Source: an uncultured Spirochaetota bacterium
Lineage (GTDB): Bacteria > Spirochaetota > Spirochaetia > SZUA-6 > Fen-1364
Length of the DNA: 64,000 nucleotides
Assembly: GCA_963745235.1 (NCBI GenBank)
Contig: CAVUXE010000053.1
Location: 224,001-288,000 of the forward strand
Reading direction: 5' to 3'
Shown here: piece by piece, positions 40,247 through 50,762 of the stretch
Layout of the letters: every line of letters begins with the position of its first letter
Numbering within the stretch: the stretch's first letter is position 1
Program-made: the position numbers and the translations under genes
Notes under the pieces: generated by a model
The model's database searches: none
Seen by the model: only the letters and a program-made list of their open reading frames with translations
Told to the model about the DNA's origin: nothing

Positions 40247-41251
40247 ATGACGCAGGGCTATCTCCCGCGGGCTGATCGCTATGATTCCATGCGGTACAAC
40301 CGCTGCGGCAGGAGCGGGCTGAAGCTCCCCGCCGTCTCCCTGGGACTGTGGCACAACTTCGGCGGGGAAGCCCCGCTGGAGAATGCCCGGGCCATGATCC
40401 GTCGGGCTTTCGACCTCGGCATTACTCACTTCGATCTCGCAAACAACTACGGTCCTCCGCCGGGGTCCGCGGAGGAGTGCTTCGGAAGGATCCTGAGGGA
40501 GGACTTCCACGGTTACCGTGACCAGATGGTCATCTCCACGAAGGCCGGCTATCTCATGTGGCCCGGCCCGTACGGTGAGTGGGGGTCCCGCAAGTACATG
40601 GTGGCCAGCCTGGAGCAAAGCCTGAAGCGCATGGGCCTGGACTACGTGGACATTTTCTACAGCCACCGGCCGGATCCCGAGACTCCCCTGGAGGAAACGA
40701 TGTCCGCCCTGGACCACGTGGTCCGCCAGGGCAAGGCGCTGTATGCGGGAATCTCGAGCTACAGGGTCCCGGAAGCCCGGGAAGCCTTTGCGATATTGAA
40801 AAGGCTTGGCACTCCCTGTCTCATCCATCAGCCCAGCTACTCAATGCTCGACAGGTGGGTGGAGGACGGCCTCCTGGACCTGCTCCGGGAGGAAGGAGTG
40901 GGCGGCATCGCTTTCTCCCCCCTGGGGCGCGGGCGGCTCACGGACCGGTACCTCGAAGGAATCCCCGCTGACTCGCGGGCAGCAGGACCGAGTGACTTCC
41001 TCAAGCCTGAGGACATCACACCCCAGCTGCGCGCCCGACTGGTGAAATTGAACGCCATTGCGAAGGGAAGGGGACAGAGCCTCGCGCAAATGGCCCTCGC
41101 ATGGGTCCTGCGGGGCGGCCGGGTCACCTCGGTGCTGATTGGCGCGAGCAAGCCGGGTCAGATCGATGACTGCGTCGGGGCCTTTCACAACGTGGATTTT
41201 TCCCCGGAGGAGCTCCGCACAATCGACGAGGCGCTTGGTCGGACGTCCTGA
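40247..41251 (+). CDS. mgrA: L-glyceraldehyde 3-phosphate reductase (aldo/keto reductase, YghZ/MgrA)
   Basis: SLGLWHNFG, HFDLANNYGPPPGSAE and WPGPYGEWGSRKY motifs. Confidence 0.88.
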   Translation: MTQGYLPRADRYDSMRYNRCGRSGLKLPAVSLGLWHNFGGEAPLENARAMIRRAFDLGITHFDLANNYGPPPGSAEECFGRILREDFHGYRDQMVISTKAGYLMWPGPYGEWGSRKYMVASLEQSLKRMGLDYVDIFYSHRPDPETPLEETMSALDHVVRQGKALYAGISSYRVPEAREAFAILKRLGTPCLIHQPSYSMLDRWVEDGLLDLLREEGVGGIAFSPLGRGRLTDRYLEGIPADSRAAGPSDFLKPEDITPQLRARLVKLNAIAKGRGQSLAQMALAWVLRGGRVTSVLIGASKPGQIDDCVGAFHNVDFSPEELRTIDEALGRTS

Positions 41252-41306
41252 GACGGGCTCGGGAGGGGTGATCCGACCCCTGGCGCGGCATCGCCCCCCG
41301 TTCCTG

Positions 41307-42077
41307 CTAGGGCCTGAAAGATGTCATGCCGAGGCCCCGGATCTCCGTGGATGTTGTGCGGGCAGCCTTCATGACGAGCGGGATGAGCCTCTTGACTCTG
41401 CTCGCGGACATGCGGCTGGACGGGCCGGCCACGCTGATTGCGGCAATGGCGATGCCGGCGGCTGAGAGAATGGGGGCGGCAATGCAGGAGATCCCCTCGA
41501 TCAGCTCGGAATCATCCCGCGCGTATCCCCGCTGCCGGATCTTCTCCAGCTCTCTGTTCAGGGTTGCGCGATCCCCGATTGAGCGCGGGGTCCTGCGCTC
41601 CAGGGCCGCCGTGCGGAAAAGCGCCTCCCGGGTATGCGTGGGCAGGTAGGCGAGGATGACCTTTCCCATTGCCGTGCAATGCGCCGGCACCGCGTGACCA
41701 ACCTGGAGATCCACGCGGATGGGATCAGTGGTCTGGATTTTCTCCACGTAGTACAGCTGGCGCCGCACCAGGACGCCCAGGTTCACCGTTTCCGCGCTTT
41801 CCTCCGCCAGGACCTCCATGGTGCGGAGCGCCGCGCTGCGCACGCCAAAACGCGCGGCCACGCTGCTTCCGATGCGAAAGACCGCCATGCCGAGCCGGTA
41901 CTTCCGCGACTCAGGGTCCTGTGCAATGAAGTCGTGGGCGGCCAGGGAGGCGACGAGCCGGTGCACGGTGCTGGGGGCGATCCGCAGGCTCTTTGCCATC
42001 GCGGTGATGCCCATCTGGTCCCTGTTTTCCAGCAGCAGAACGATCCGCAGGGCCTTGTCCACGGTGCTCACGACCAT
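41307..42077 (-). CDS. IclR-family regulator
   Basis: STVHRLV HTH, AHCTAMGK and GISCIAAPI motifs. Confidence 0.92.
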   Translation of the reverse strand: MVVSTVDKALRIVLLLENRDQMGITAMAKSLRIAPSTVHRLVASLAAHDFIAQDPESRKYRLGMAVFRIGSSVAARFGVRSAALRTMEVLAEESAETVNLGVLVRRQLYYVEKIQTTDPIRVDLQVGHAVPAHCTAMGKVILAYLPTHTREALFRTAALERRTPRSIGDRATLNRELEKIRQRGYARDDSELIEGISCIAAPILSAAGIAIAAISVAGPSSRMSASRVKRLIPLVMKAARTTSTEIRGLGMTSFRP

Positions 42078-42086
42078 TGCCTCCCG

Positions 42087-42154
42087 TTGACAGGAGCCGG
42101 AAGGGCTGCTATCCTGTCATCCGAATAATAAAAAGTCGTTTCCATTATACGGAA
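42087..42154 (+). promoter_or_regulatory. Sigma-70 promoter of panB unit and putative IclR operator
   Basis: TTGACA(42087)-17 bp-TATCCT(42110) with an extended TG. Palindrome TTCC-N7-GGAA at 42140-42154. Confidence 0.75.
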
Positions 42155-42183
42155 TATTCTGCGAGCCTGCCAAGGGGGACACA

Positions 42184-43078
42184 ATGGAAAAGATCGCCAA
42201 GAAGATGAAGAAGGGCCGTTTCGACTTCCTCACCATGAAGAAGGAGGGCGTCAAGCTCACCTGGGTCACCGCCTATGACTACCCCATTGCCCATTTCGCG
42301 GAGCTGGCGGGGATCGACATGATCCTAGTGGGAGATTCCCTGGGTATGGTGGTCTACGGGTACGACGGCACCATTCCCGTCACCATGGATGAGTGCATCA
42401 TCCACTGCAAGGCCGTGCGCCGGGGCGCCCCCGCCACGTTCGTGGTGGGGGACATGCCCTTCCTGTCCTACCAGACAAGCGTGTATGACGCCATCACGAA
42501 TGCCGGGCGCTTCCTCAAGGAAGCGGGCATGGACGCCATCAAGCTGGAGGGGGGACGGCGGGTGACGGACAAGATCAGGGGGATCGCGGACGCCGGGCAT
42601 CCTGGTCATCGGCCATATCGGCCTGACCCCCCAGAGCAGCGGGCAGCTGGGAGGCTTCAAGGCGCAGGGACGGACTGCGGCCAGCGCAGAGGAGCTGATC
42701 CAGGATGCCCTTGCAATCCAGGAGGCCGGCGCGTTTGCCCTGCTCCTGGAGGCGGTCCCGCCGGAGCTGGGCAAGGCCATTGCGGAGCTCATTGACATTC
42801 CCGTGTACGGCATAGGAGCGGGAAAGTTCACGGACGGGCAGCTTCTCATCAACGGCGACATGCTGGGATACTTCGACGCTTTCACCCCCAAGTTCGTGAA
42901 GAAATACGCCAACCTTGCCCAGGTCATAACGGACGCATTCAAGAGCTACGTGGAGGACGTGCAGGGAGGCGCTTTTCCCGGGCCGGAGCACGGCTACTCC
43001 GTCCTGGACAAGGAGCTGGAGGCGTTCAACGACGTTGTCCAGAAGTACGCGGAAAGGAAAGACGGTCACAGGAAATGA
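42184..43078 (+). CDS. panB: Ketopantoate hydroxymethyltransferase family, +1 frameshift near 42597
   Basis: TAYD, LVGDSLG, GDMPF and KLEGG motifs. After the shift: [17 protein letters not shown] and PKFVKKYA. Confidence 0.88.
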
Positions 43079-44336
43079 AACAGCTGCTGAAAATCGACCG
43101 CACGGCCCTTGATTCGATCAACGAGCTTCTTCTGAGCGATGACAATCCCGGTGATCGAGGACCTCATCAGGATCGTGGACAAGCACGGTGGACCTGAAGG
43201 CAATCAACACGGCGGCCGCGGAGAACGGCAGGCTGGAAAATCTCCTGGAAAGGGTGAGGACAAAGAGCCCTCGCTACGCGGATGACCTTTCGTGGTTGAT
43301 CGAGCAGAAAGACAGCAGGAAGTTCATCTCTATGGAAGAGTTCAAGAAGAAGTCCGGCGCTCCTGACCGCGCTCAAGGACGACAGCTACCAGGTGACTCT
43401 GGAGATTTCCGCCCTTCAGTACTTCCCGTGGCTCATCGCCCAGGCGCGGCAGGCCATCGCGCGGGGAGAGCTGATGCCCAGCCGCTTCATCCGCGTGCGG
43501 GCAATGAAAGAGCAGGAGGAGGACGGGGACCTGCCTGCCGTCGCGGCCGGCATGAAGATTCTCGGCGCCTCCTGGGTGGAATCCCTGGACACGCGGGGGA
43601 CCGACGGATCGAACATCCACCTTGGCGGGCCCGGACACCATCACCGGATACTTCGGCGGCGTCGGCCAGCCCAACGACCACCCCTGCCAGTGGCTCGACG
43701 AGTACCTTCACTACTACACCACCTACGGCGTGAAGCAGGTCCTCAACCTCAACGGGGGAACGGTCCTCGCCGGCTATCTCCTGCACAAGCTCGGCGTCGA
43801 CATGGAGTTCAAGATCTCCGTCTTCATGGGCAACGACAATCCGTTCAACGTGCTGTGGACTCTTCTCACGGCACGGCTCTTTGCCCGGGAGGACGGCAGC
43901 ACGTCCCTGATCGGGTTCAACCTGTCCAACTCCGCGAACAACTGGACCATCGAGAGGGCGTCCGCAATCCGCGCGGCGCTCGGCTTCGAGGACAAGGTCC
44001 GCTTCGAGCACCACATCACGGAGACGTACAAGAGCATCGTCCGACAGCCCTACGACAGGCTCGACGAGCTGGTGGAGATCGCGCAAAAGGTGAGGAATAT
44101 CTCCGCGAAGCACGAGGGCGGGGTGCCGGGCACCGAGGCGCAGCGGGCCCACCCGTCGGACATCCTGGACTACTTCATGGCAAGGTCCGACGTGGAAGCA
44201 AAAGGGCTCATGCCGGCCATGGAGAGGAACTACCTGGACAAGCACGAATCTGTCCAAAGAACGGCGCGCGCCCTCCTTGCCGGCCGGCATCCCTGTCCTT
44301 GCGGCGCCGGAGCTCCATCACTGCCGGAGGGCGTGA
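43075..44336 (+). CDS. Unknown ~418-aa enzyme-like protein, broken by five +1 indels
   Basis: ATGA coupling to panB. Fragments join into one protein after removing single bases near 43148, 43199, 43365, 43630 and 44280. Length 1262 = 419 codons + 5. Confidence 0.7.
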
Positions 44337-44414
44337 GGGGGACGGCGGCCGTCCGGCGCGTGTGGTGTTTCCACTCGGGCTGGAGTATTATCCCCCAAAA
44401 GGGGGTCCCGAGAA

Positions 44415-46104
44415 ATGAAGCCCAGGGCGATGTCATTGTTCGCGGTGGTGCTCCTTGCCCTCGGCCTGGGCGCCTGCGCCACCGTGGGCGGCCACGGCAC
44501 CGGACCCATCGACTCATTCACTTTCCTCGGCTCGGCCAACCCGGGGCTTTCCCGGGACGTCGTAGGCCGGATCATCGCCCAGGGAGAGCCGGAGCTCATC
44601 AACGTGGTGGTCCCCCACGGCATCGACATGAGAAAGCTGATTGCCTCCGTCAAGCTCACTACGAATGCCGTCGTCTCGGTGATGTCGGGCGAGCAGCGGA
44701 TCGTGCAGACGAACGGGATCACGGCGAACGATTTCTCCTCCCCGGTCCTGTACTCGGTGGAGATTCCCGGCGAGAAAGAGCCGTGGCGCTACCGCGTCGT
44801 GGTCAGGGAGGCGGACACGAACGCCCGCCTGGCGCAGGTCACCCTCCCCGCGCGGGCGGTCTTGCAGCCCGCATTCAGCGCGGTGGTTGACCAGTACACC
44901 ATCCAGGTGCCATTCGAGACCAGGAGCCTGAGCATCGCGGCTCTTGCCCAGAGCCCCAACCCCCAGAGCGTCACCATTGGCGGCACATCCACGCCCGGCC
45001 ACCTGGCGGTGGGGGAAGTTGACTTCTCCTCGGGTCAGCAGACCACGTTTCCCATTACCGTGCTCGCGGAAGACGGGACCACGAAGACCCGCTACACCTT
45101 CGTCGTGAAGCGAAACCCGCCGGACAAGAATGCCCTGCTCGGGGTCCTCTCTATTCCTGACGCGGTCTTCACCCAGCCCTTTTCTCCCGCAAAGTTCGCC
45201 TACTCCGCTTCCGTATCCTTCGAGGTGCGCGAGGTGACGCTGAACGCGCAGGCGCAGAGCCCGTTTGCCACGGTGAGCGTGATGGTCCCCGGCGGAAGCG
45301 GTGGACCAGTCCCCGCTTCGCGCGGCGCGAACGCGGGCAACGTGCGGGTGGACTTCCCGTCCGGCGGGAGGCTGCCCGGTAACCGTGACGGTGACCGCCC
45401 AGGACGGGACCACCCAGAAATACAACCTGGAGATTCTTCGCCGGGAGGCGAACAACAACAACAGGCTCTCGGATCTCGTGGTGACGGACGCCACGCTGAC
45501 CCCTCCGTTCAAGCCCGACACCCTGGCGTACACGGCAGAGGTCCCCTATTCGGTCACCCGGCTGACTATTCGCGCCCTGCCCCAGGACACGAACGCGTCA
45601 ATCAGCCTCGAAACGGCCGAGGCAACAGGACCGAATGCCTCTCCCCCCCCGTCCGTGCGCGTCTACCCGGGGGAGGCCGCCGGGCTGCAGGTCGAGTTTT
45701 CAGAGTCCGAGATGAAGGGACTGAACGTCGTCGCCACCGCGCAGAACGGGGAGACCCTTCGGTATACGCTCCTGCTTCACAGGTCGGCGCCGGACCGCAC
45801 GGCGGATCTGGCGTCCCTGACCGCCACCGCAGGCGTGCTTGCCCCTGCCTTTTCCGCCAAGGTGGACACCTTCACCCTGCGCCTTCCGGCGGACGCGACA
45901 GGCGTCCAGGTGACTGCGGCCGCGGCAAGCCAGTTCGCCCGGGTGTCGGCGTCTGACCTCGGGGACCCCGGCCGTTCGCAGAGCGCAACCGTTCCCGTGG
46001 ATGTGGATCCCGGGCAGAAAACCATCATCCGATTCTTCGTGACCGCGGAGGACGGCACTCAGAAGCTCTTCCAGGTCCAGGTGACGCGAGACCTCCCCAA
46101 GTAA
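44415..46104 (+). CDS. Lipoprotein with cadherin-like beta-sandwich repeats, +1 frameshift near 45376
   Basis: LGAC lipobox. Four repeats of NA.L..L...L.P.F.P....Y...V....VTAEDGT..Y. Confidence 0.8.
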
Positions 46105-46275
46105 AGGTATGTCGTCAGAGGCCTCACCCTGGGGGGCCGTCGACCGGGACGCCGGCGCTCCGATAGCTGCGGCACTTTGAAACGAGCTCGAACATCTCCA
46201 TGGTGACACGAATTGCGCACGCGCAGGCCCGCACTTGCAAAGAGGTACGGGATGGGATATGAGATCGCGAGGCGC

Positions 46276-47631
46276 ATGAACGTGGCAGAGCATTTCGACC
46301 TTGTGATCGTGGGAACAGGCCCCGCTGGCCTTGGCTGCGCATTTGCCTTCCTGGAGGCACGGCCGGCCTCATCGGTCCTTCTCATCGACAAGTCCTCCCT
46401 CAGCACCGGCGGCCTGTGCAACGACTGCAAGATGAACTTCACGTTCCCCATCGGCTTTCCCCTGGAATACTGGGATCCGCATGCGGCGGAAAGCTACCTG
46501 AGCCTGGTCAGTGATCGCCTGCATCCCCGGATCCTTGCGAAGACCAACCTCGGCATTTACGCGAACAGGGCCCAGAAGCTGGGGGTCTCGCTCCTCGAAG
46601 TGCGGCAGAGCCACCTCGGTACGGACGGAGGCATTGCTCTGGCCCACGGGATGACGGAGGAGATAGCGAGGGCAGGAGCAGCGTTCTCCCTGGGGGAGAC
46701 CGCCCTCGATGTTCGGGAGGCTGAGCATCTCCTCCTGACGGATCGAAGGGAAGTCGGCTACCGAAGCCTGGTCGTGGCGCCCGGCAGGAAAGGGTTCTCC
46801 TTTCTCCAGAAGCTCATGGACAGGCTGGAGGTCCCCTACAGGGACAACGTGGTGGATATCGGGCTTCGCCTGGAAATGCGTGAGAACAACTATCCGATCG
46901 TCCGGGACTATTACGATCCGAAGTTTCACTTTCCCCAGAAAGTCCGCACGTTTTGCACCAACAGCGGCAGGGCCTTCGTGGTGAAGGAGAAGTATGAGAC
47001 CGCGGACGGGCACCCCTACTTCAGCGTGAACGGCCACTCCTTCTCTGAACGAGGGGAGGCAAGCGGCCTGGTGAACTTCGCGCTCCTGAAGACCGTCCGT
47101 TTCACCGAGCCGCTGGCGAGCGGCCAGGCCTTCGCGGAGATGCTCGGCCAGCAGGCCGTGCTGATGGGCGGCGGCCAGCCGCTGATGCAGCGCGTCGGGG
47201 ACTTCCGCCTCGGCAAGCGGTCCAAGGCGGAGAGCTTCAACGAGGACCTCTACGATTTTCGACCGACCCTGTCCGGCTGCACCCCGGGAGATATTGCCCT
47301 TGCCATGCCTTCCAAGATCCTTCGCGCAATCTGGCGCGCCATGAAGCTCCTGGACACCATCATCCCCGGCGTGCTCCACCCGTCTACCGTCATGTACTAC
47401 CCCGAGATCAAGCTTTACGGCAACAAGCCCCGATTCATGGATGCCACGTTCCAGGCGAGGCCCGGGATCTGGATGATCGGGGATGGCGCCGGCACGAGCC
47501 GCGGAATCACGGCCGCGTGGGCAAGCGGCATACGCGCGGCTGAAGGCATCCTGCGGCAGGATGGCAACGGGACCCTGGCTTCTTTCCCTCCGAGGGTGGC
47601 TGCGGGAGACCGCGGCGCCGGAGCAACCTAA
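46276..47631 (+). CDS. FAD-dependent oxidoreductase (uncharacterised COG2509-like)
   Basis: GTGPAG, VRTFC, SVNGHS, PEIKLY and GDGAGTSRGI motifs. Confidence 0.8.
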   Translation: MNVAEHFDLVIVGTGPAGLGCAFAFLEARPASSVLLIDKSSLSTGGLCNDCKMNFTFPIGFPLEYWDPHAAESYLSLVSDRLHPRILAKTNLGIYANRAQKLGVSLLEVRQSHLGTDGGIALAHGMTEEIARAGAAFSLGETALDVREAEHLLLTDRREVGYRSLVVAPGRKGFSFLQKLMDRLEVPYRDNVVDIGLRLEMRENNYPIVRDYYDPKFHFPQKVRTFCTNSGRAFVVKEKYETADGHPYFSVNGHSFSERGEASGLVNFALLKTVRFTEPLASGQAFAEMLGQQAVLMGGGQPLMQRVGDFRLGKRSKAESFNEDLYDFRPTLSGCTPGDIALAMPSKILRAIWRAMKLLDTIIPGVLHPSTVMYYPEIKLYGNKPRFMDATFQARPGIWMIGDGAGTSRGITAAWASGIRAAEGILRQDGNGTLASFPPRVAAGDRGAGAT

Positions 47632-47665
47632 CCGAGAATTCACACGGTCTTCACAGCGGCCTAAC
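47628..47665 (+). promoter_or_regulatory. Pho-box-like array upstream of phnX
   Basis: CTAAC/TTCAC/TTCAC/CTAAC at 47628, 47639, 47650 and 47661 (exact 11-bp period). TATTTT -10 at 47680. Confidence 0.75.
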
Positions 47666-47691
47666 AAAGCCCGAAGATGTATTTTCGAATC

Positions 47692-48551
47692 ATGCGCAAA
47701 ATGGATATCAACGGAAGTGAGGGGGCCGGCGTTGCGGCGGTCATCTTCGACTGGGCGGGAACCATCGTGGATTACGGGTGCTTTGCCCCGGCGGTCTCTC
47801 TGGTGGAAACCTTCGCGGACCGGGGCGTGCACATCACCCTGGCCCAGGCGCGCGGGCCGATGGGACTGGAGAAGAAGGAGCACATCCGCCGTCTTCTTGC
47901 GGATCAGGAAATCAGCGGCCTTTGGAGGGCTGCCGCCGGCGCGGATCCCCGGCCCCAGGACGCGGACTCGTTGTATGAGGAGCTTGAGCCGCGGCTGGTG
48001 ACCGCGGTGAAGAGGCATGCCCAGCTTGTCCCCGGCACCAGGGAGCTGGCGGAGGAGCTTCGCTGCTGGGGCATCGGGATCGGGTCCACCACGGGATACC
48101 TGCGGCCACTCATGGACATCCTCACGGCGGAAGCCGCGCGGCAGGGGTTCATCGCGGACGCCGTGATCTGCCCCTCTGATGTTCCCGGCCGGCGGCCCTT
48201 CCCGTGGATGTGCTTCCTGAACGCCATGAGGCTCAAGGCATATCCTCCGCGGAGGATCGTGAAGATCGGCGACACGCCCGCGGACATCATGGAAGGCCTC
48301 AACGCCGGCATGTGGACAATCGGCGTCACGTTGTCCGGCAACGAAGTGGGACTTCGCCGGCCGACGTGGAGGGAATGAGCGCGGAGGAGCGCTGCACGCG
48401 CGTCCAGGAGGCGGAGAAGCGCCTGCGGGCTTCCGGCGCTCACTACACGGCGGAGAGCGTGGCGGAATGCCGGGACATCCTGGCGAGGATCGAGGAGCGA
48501 ACCATCCGCGGCGAGCACCCATCACGGGAGAAGTCGCATGAGCGCGCCTGA
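47692..48551 (+). CDS. phnX: Phosphonoacetaldehyde hydrolase, -1 frameshift near 48353
   Basis: [22 protein letters not shown] (Schiff-base Lys), KIGDT and GNEVGL motifs. Confidence 0.9.
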
Positions 48552-49668
48552 GCGGCCCCCCAACCCTTACGTGCTCCTCACTCCGGGGCCCCTCAGCACC
48601 ACTGCCAGCGTGAAGGAAGTCATGCTGCGGGACTGGTGCACATGGGACGCGGACTACAACGGGATTGTGCAGGATATCCGACGACGTCTCGTCGAGCTGG
48701 CGACCCGCAGGTTCCGCCAGGACTACACGAGCGTTCTGATGCAGGGCTCAGGCACTTTCAGCGTTGAAGCCACCCTGGGGACAGTGATCCCGCCTGCCGG
48801 CAAGGTCCTGGTCCTGGCCAACGGCGCATACGGGGAGCGGATGGGGCACATCGCCGGGAGGCTCGCCATTGAGAATGCCGTCCTTCGAAGCGATGAGACG
48901 ACGTGGCCAGACCCGTCCCTGCTGAGAGAGGCTCTGAGCGCGGACCCCGCCATCACGCACGTCGCCCTGGTGCACTGCGAGACGACCACGGGCATCCTCA
49001 ATCCCCTGGAAGAGATTGCGGCCGTCGTGCGCGAAAGCGGCCGCTCCTTCATTGTGGACGCGATGAGCAGCTTCGGCGGGATTCCGATGGACGTCGGCGA
49101 GCTGGGAGTGGATTTCCTGGTGAGCAGCTCGAACAAGTGCATCCAGGGGGTGCCGGGATTCGCTTTCGTCATTGCCAGGAGGAAGGCGTTGGGTGCGTGC
49201 GAGGGCCAGGCGCGCTCGCTCTCCCTGGACCTCTACGACCAGTGGCGGACAATGGAGAATGAGAACGGAAAGTGGAGGTTCACGTCTCCCACCCATGTGG
49301 TCAGGGCCTTCGCCCAGGCTCTCCGGGAGCTGGACGAAGAAGGGGGAGTGGAAGCCCGGTCCGCGCGGTATCGAGCGAATCATTTCATGCTGGTGCGCGG
49401 GATGGGTCAGCTCGGGTTCACGTGTCTTCTCCCGGCAGAGCTTCAGTCTCCAATCATAACCTCGTTTCTGGAGCCTGCCGCTGCGAGGTATGCCTTTCCA
49501 CGGTTCTACGCCGACCTGAAGGCGGGCGGCTTCGTGATCTATCCCGGCAAGGTATCCCGGGCAAACACCTTCCGGATCGGGACAATCGGCGACGTCAACC
49601 CCGCCACGATCAGCTCCCTCATCGAGACCATGAAAGGCTGCATCTCCTGGGCGACTGCCGGCAAATAA
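48538..49668 (+). CDS. phnW: 2-aminoethylphosphonate-pyruvate transaminase
   Basis: [34 protein letters not shown] and RFTSPTH motifs. Confidence 0.95.
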   Translation: MSAPERPPNPYVLLTPGPLSTTASVKEVMLRDWCTWDADYNGIVQDIRRRLVELATRRFRQDYTSVLMQGSGTFSVEATLGTVIPPAGKVLVLANGAYGERMGHIAGRLAIENAVLRSDETTWPDPSLLREALSADPAITHVALVHCETTTGILNPLEEIAAVVRESGRSFIVDAMSSFGGIPMDVGELGVDFLVSSSNKCIQGVPGFAFVIARRKALGACEGQARSLSLDLYDQWRTMENENGKWRFTSPTHVVRAFAQALRELDEEGGVEARSARYRANHFMLVRGMGQLGFTCLLPAELQSPIITSFLEPAAARYAFPRFYADLKAGGFVIYPGKVSRANTFRIGTIGDVNPATISSLIETMKGCISWATAGK

Positions 49669-49703
49669 ACCGATTCTTAACGCCGGCCTAATCGAAAACT
49701 AAT
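49666..49703 (+). promoter_or_regulatory. Pho-box-like array upstream of phnG
   Basis: TAAAC/TTAAC/CTAAT/CTAAT at 49666, 49677, 49688 and 49699 (11-bp period). Confidence 0.7.
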
Positions 49704-49728
49704 GGAATCATGGGTCTCTTGTCTGGCC

Positions 49729-50139
49729 ATGATGGACTATTCGGAGATCGCGGCCGAGGCAAGCGCTGAAGCGGTGCGCCGGATTGCGGAGGCGGTCGTC
49801 AACCAGCTTCCCGTCAGAATCCTGAAATCCCCCTCTCCGGGAATGGTGATGGTGCGGCAGGTCGACCCGCTGGAAAACATCATCTTCCATCTCGGGGAGG
49901 CTTACGTCACCGAGTGCGAGGTGGAGGTCGACGGTCTCCCCGGATATGGCTGCGTGCTGGGCTCGGGTGAGGATCGGGCGCTGTGCAGCGCCCTGCTGGA
50001 TGCGGTGATCGGCGGCGGGCATGCGGCGACCGCGGAGATCGCGCCGCTCCTGGAAGCCGAGGAGAAACGGATCAGGGAGCGATGGGACACGGAAAGCAAG
50101 GCCGCGGCGACCACGCGCGTGAGCTTCGAAGTTCGGTAG
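49729..50139 (+). CDS. phnG: C-P lyase subunit PhnG
   Basis: GMVMVR...FHLGEAYVTECEV, ALLDA and AAATTRVSF motifs. Confidence 0.85.
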   Translation: MMDYSEIAAEASAEAVRRIAEAVVNQLPVRILKSPSPGMVMVRQVDPLENIIFHLGEAYVTECEVEVDGLPGYGCVLGSGEDRALCSALLDAVIGGGHAATAEIAPLLEAEEKRIRERWDTESKAAATTRVSFEVR

Positions 50140-50150
50140 GAGAGCTGGGA

Positions 50151-50762
50151 ATGGTGCGGGAAACAGTGTTCGACGAGGTCTTCGACAGCCAGGCTGTGTT
50201 CCGCGCCCTTCTCGATTCGTTGAGCAGGCCGGGGACCATTTCGATGATTGCGCCGCGGCCGTACGGATCGCTGCCGGGCGGGCTTTTGCCGCCGGCTCTT
50301 TCGATCCTGAAGACCCTGTGCGATCACCACGTTTCATTCTCCCTGGGCTCCGCCGGAGCGAAACCCGAATGGGTGAGCTACCTCGAGATGAACCTGTCCA
50401 CTCCTTTCCGACGGGTGGACGAGGCTGACTACGTCCTTTTCGACGGGGAGGAGTTCGACGCGGACTTCCTCCGCCTGAATCCGGGCTCGCTCGAGTTCCC
50501 CGAGCGTTCCGGCGACCGCTCTTCTCTGCGTCCGGCTGCTTTCCGACCAGGGAGAGCCCGTGCGCGGACGCCGCGAGCTGATCCTCGGGGGCCGGGCGTC
50601 AAGGGACGCGCGCGTCTTTCCGTGGACGGCCTCGATGCGCGCTACATCGAAGAGCGCGCGAACGCAAACAGGTTCTACCCGATGGGGATCGACCTCCTGC
50701 TTGTCGACGCCGAGGGAAGGGTCGCGGGAGTTCCCCGCACGAGCGCGGTGGAGGCCGGCTGA
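50151..50762 (+). CDS. phnH: C-P lyase subunit PhnH (two compensating indels near 50510 and 50590)
   Basis: SQAVFRALLDSLSRPG, GSLEFPE, GPGV and YPMGIDLLL...VPR motifs. Confidence 0.85.
   Translation: MVRETVFDEVFDSQAVFRALLDSLSRPGTISMIAPRPYGSLPGGLLPPALSILKTLCDHHVSFSLGSAGAKPEWVSYLEMNLSTPFRRVDEADYVLFDGEEFDADFLRLNPGSLEFPERSGDRSSLRPAAFRPGRARARTPRADPRGPGVKGRARLSVDGLDARYIEERANANRFYPMGIDLLLVDAEGRVAGVPRTSAVEAG

Noticed and set aside
42590-44290. Programmed frameshifting or phase variation
   Set aside because: There are no slippery heptamers or long repeat tracts. Multiple short-run indels across unrelated genes point to sequencing error.
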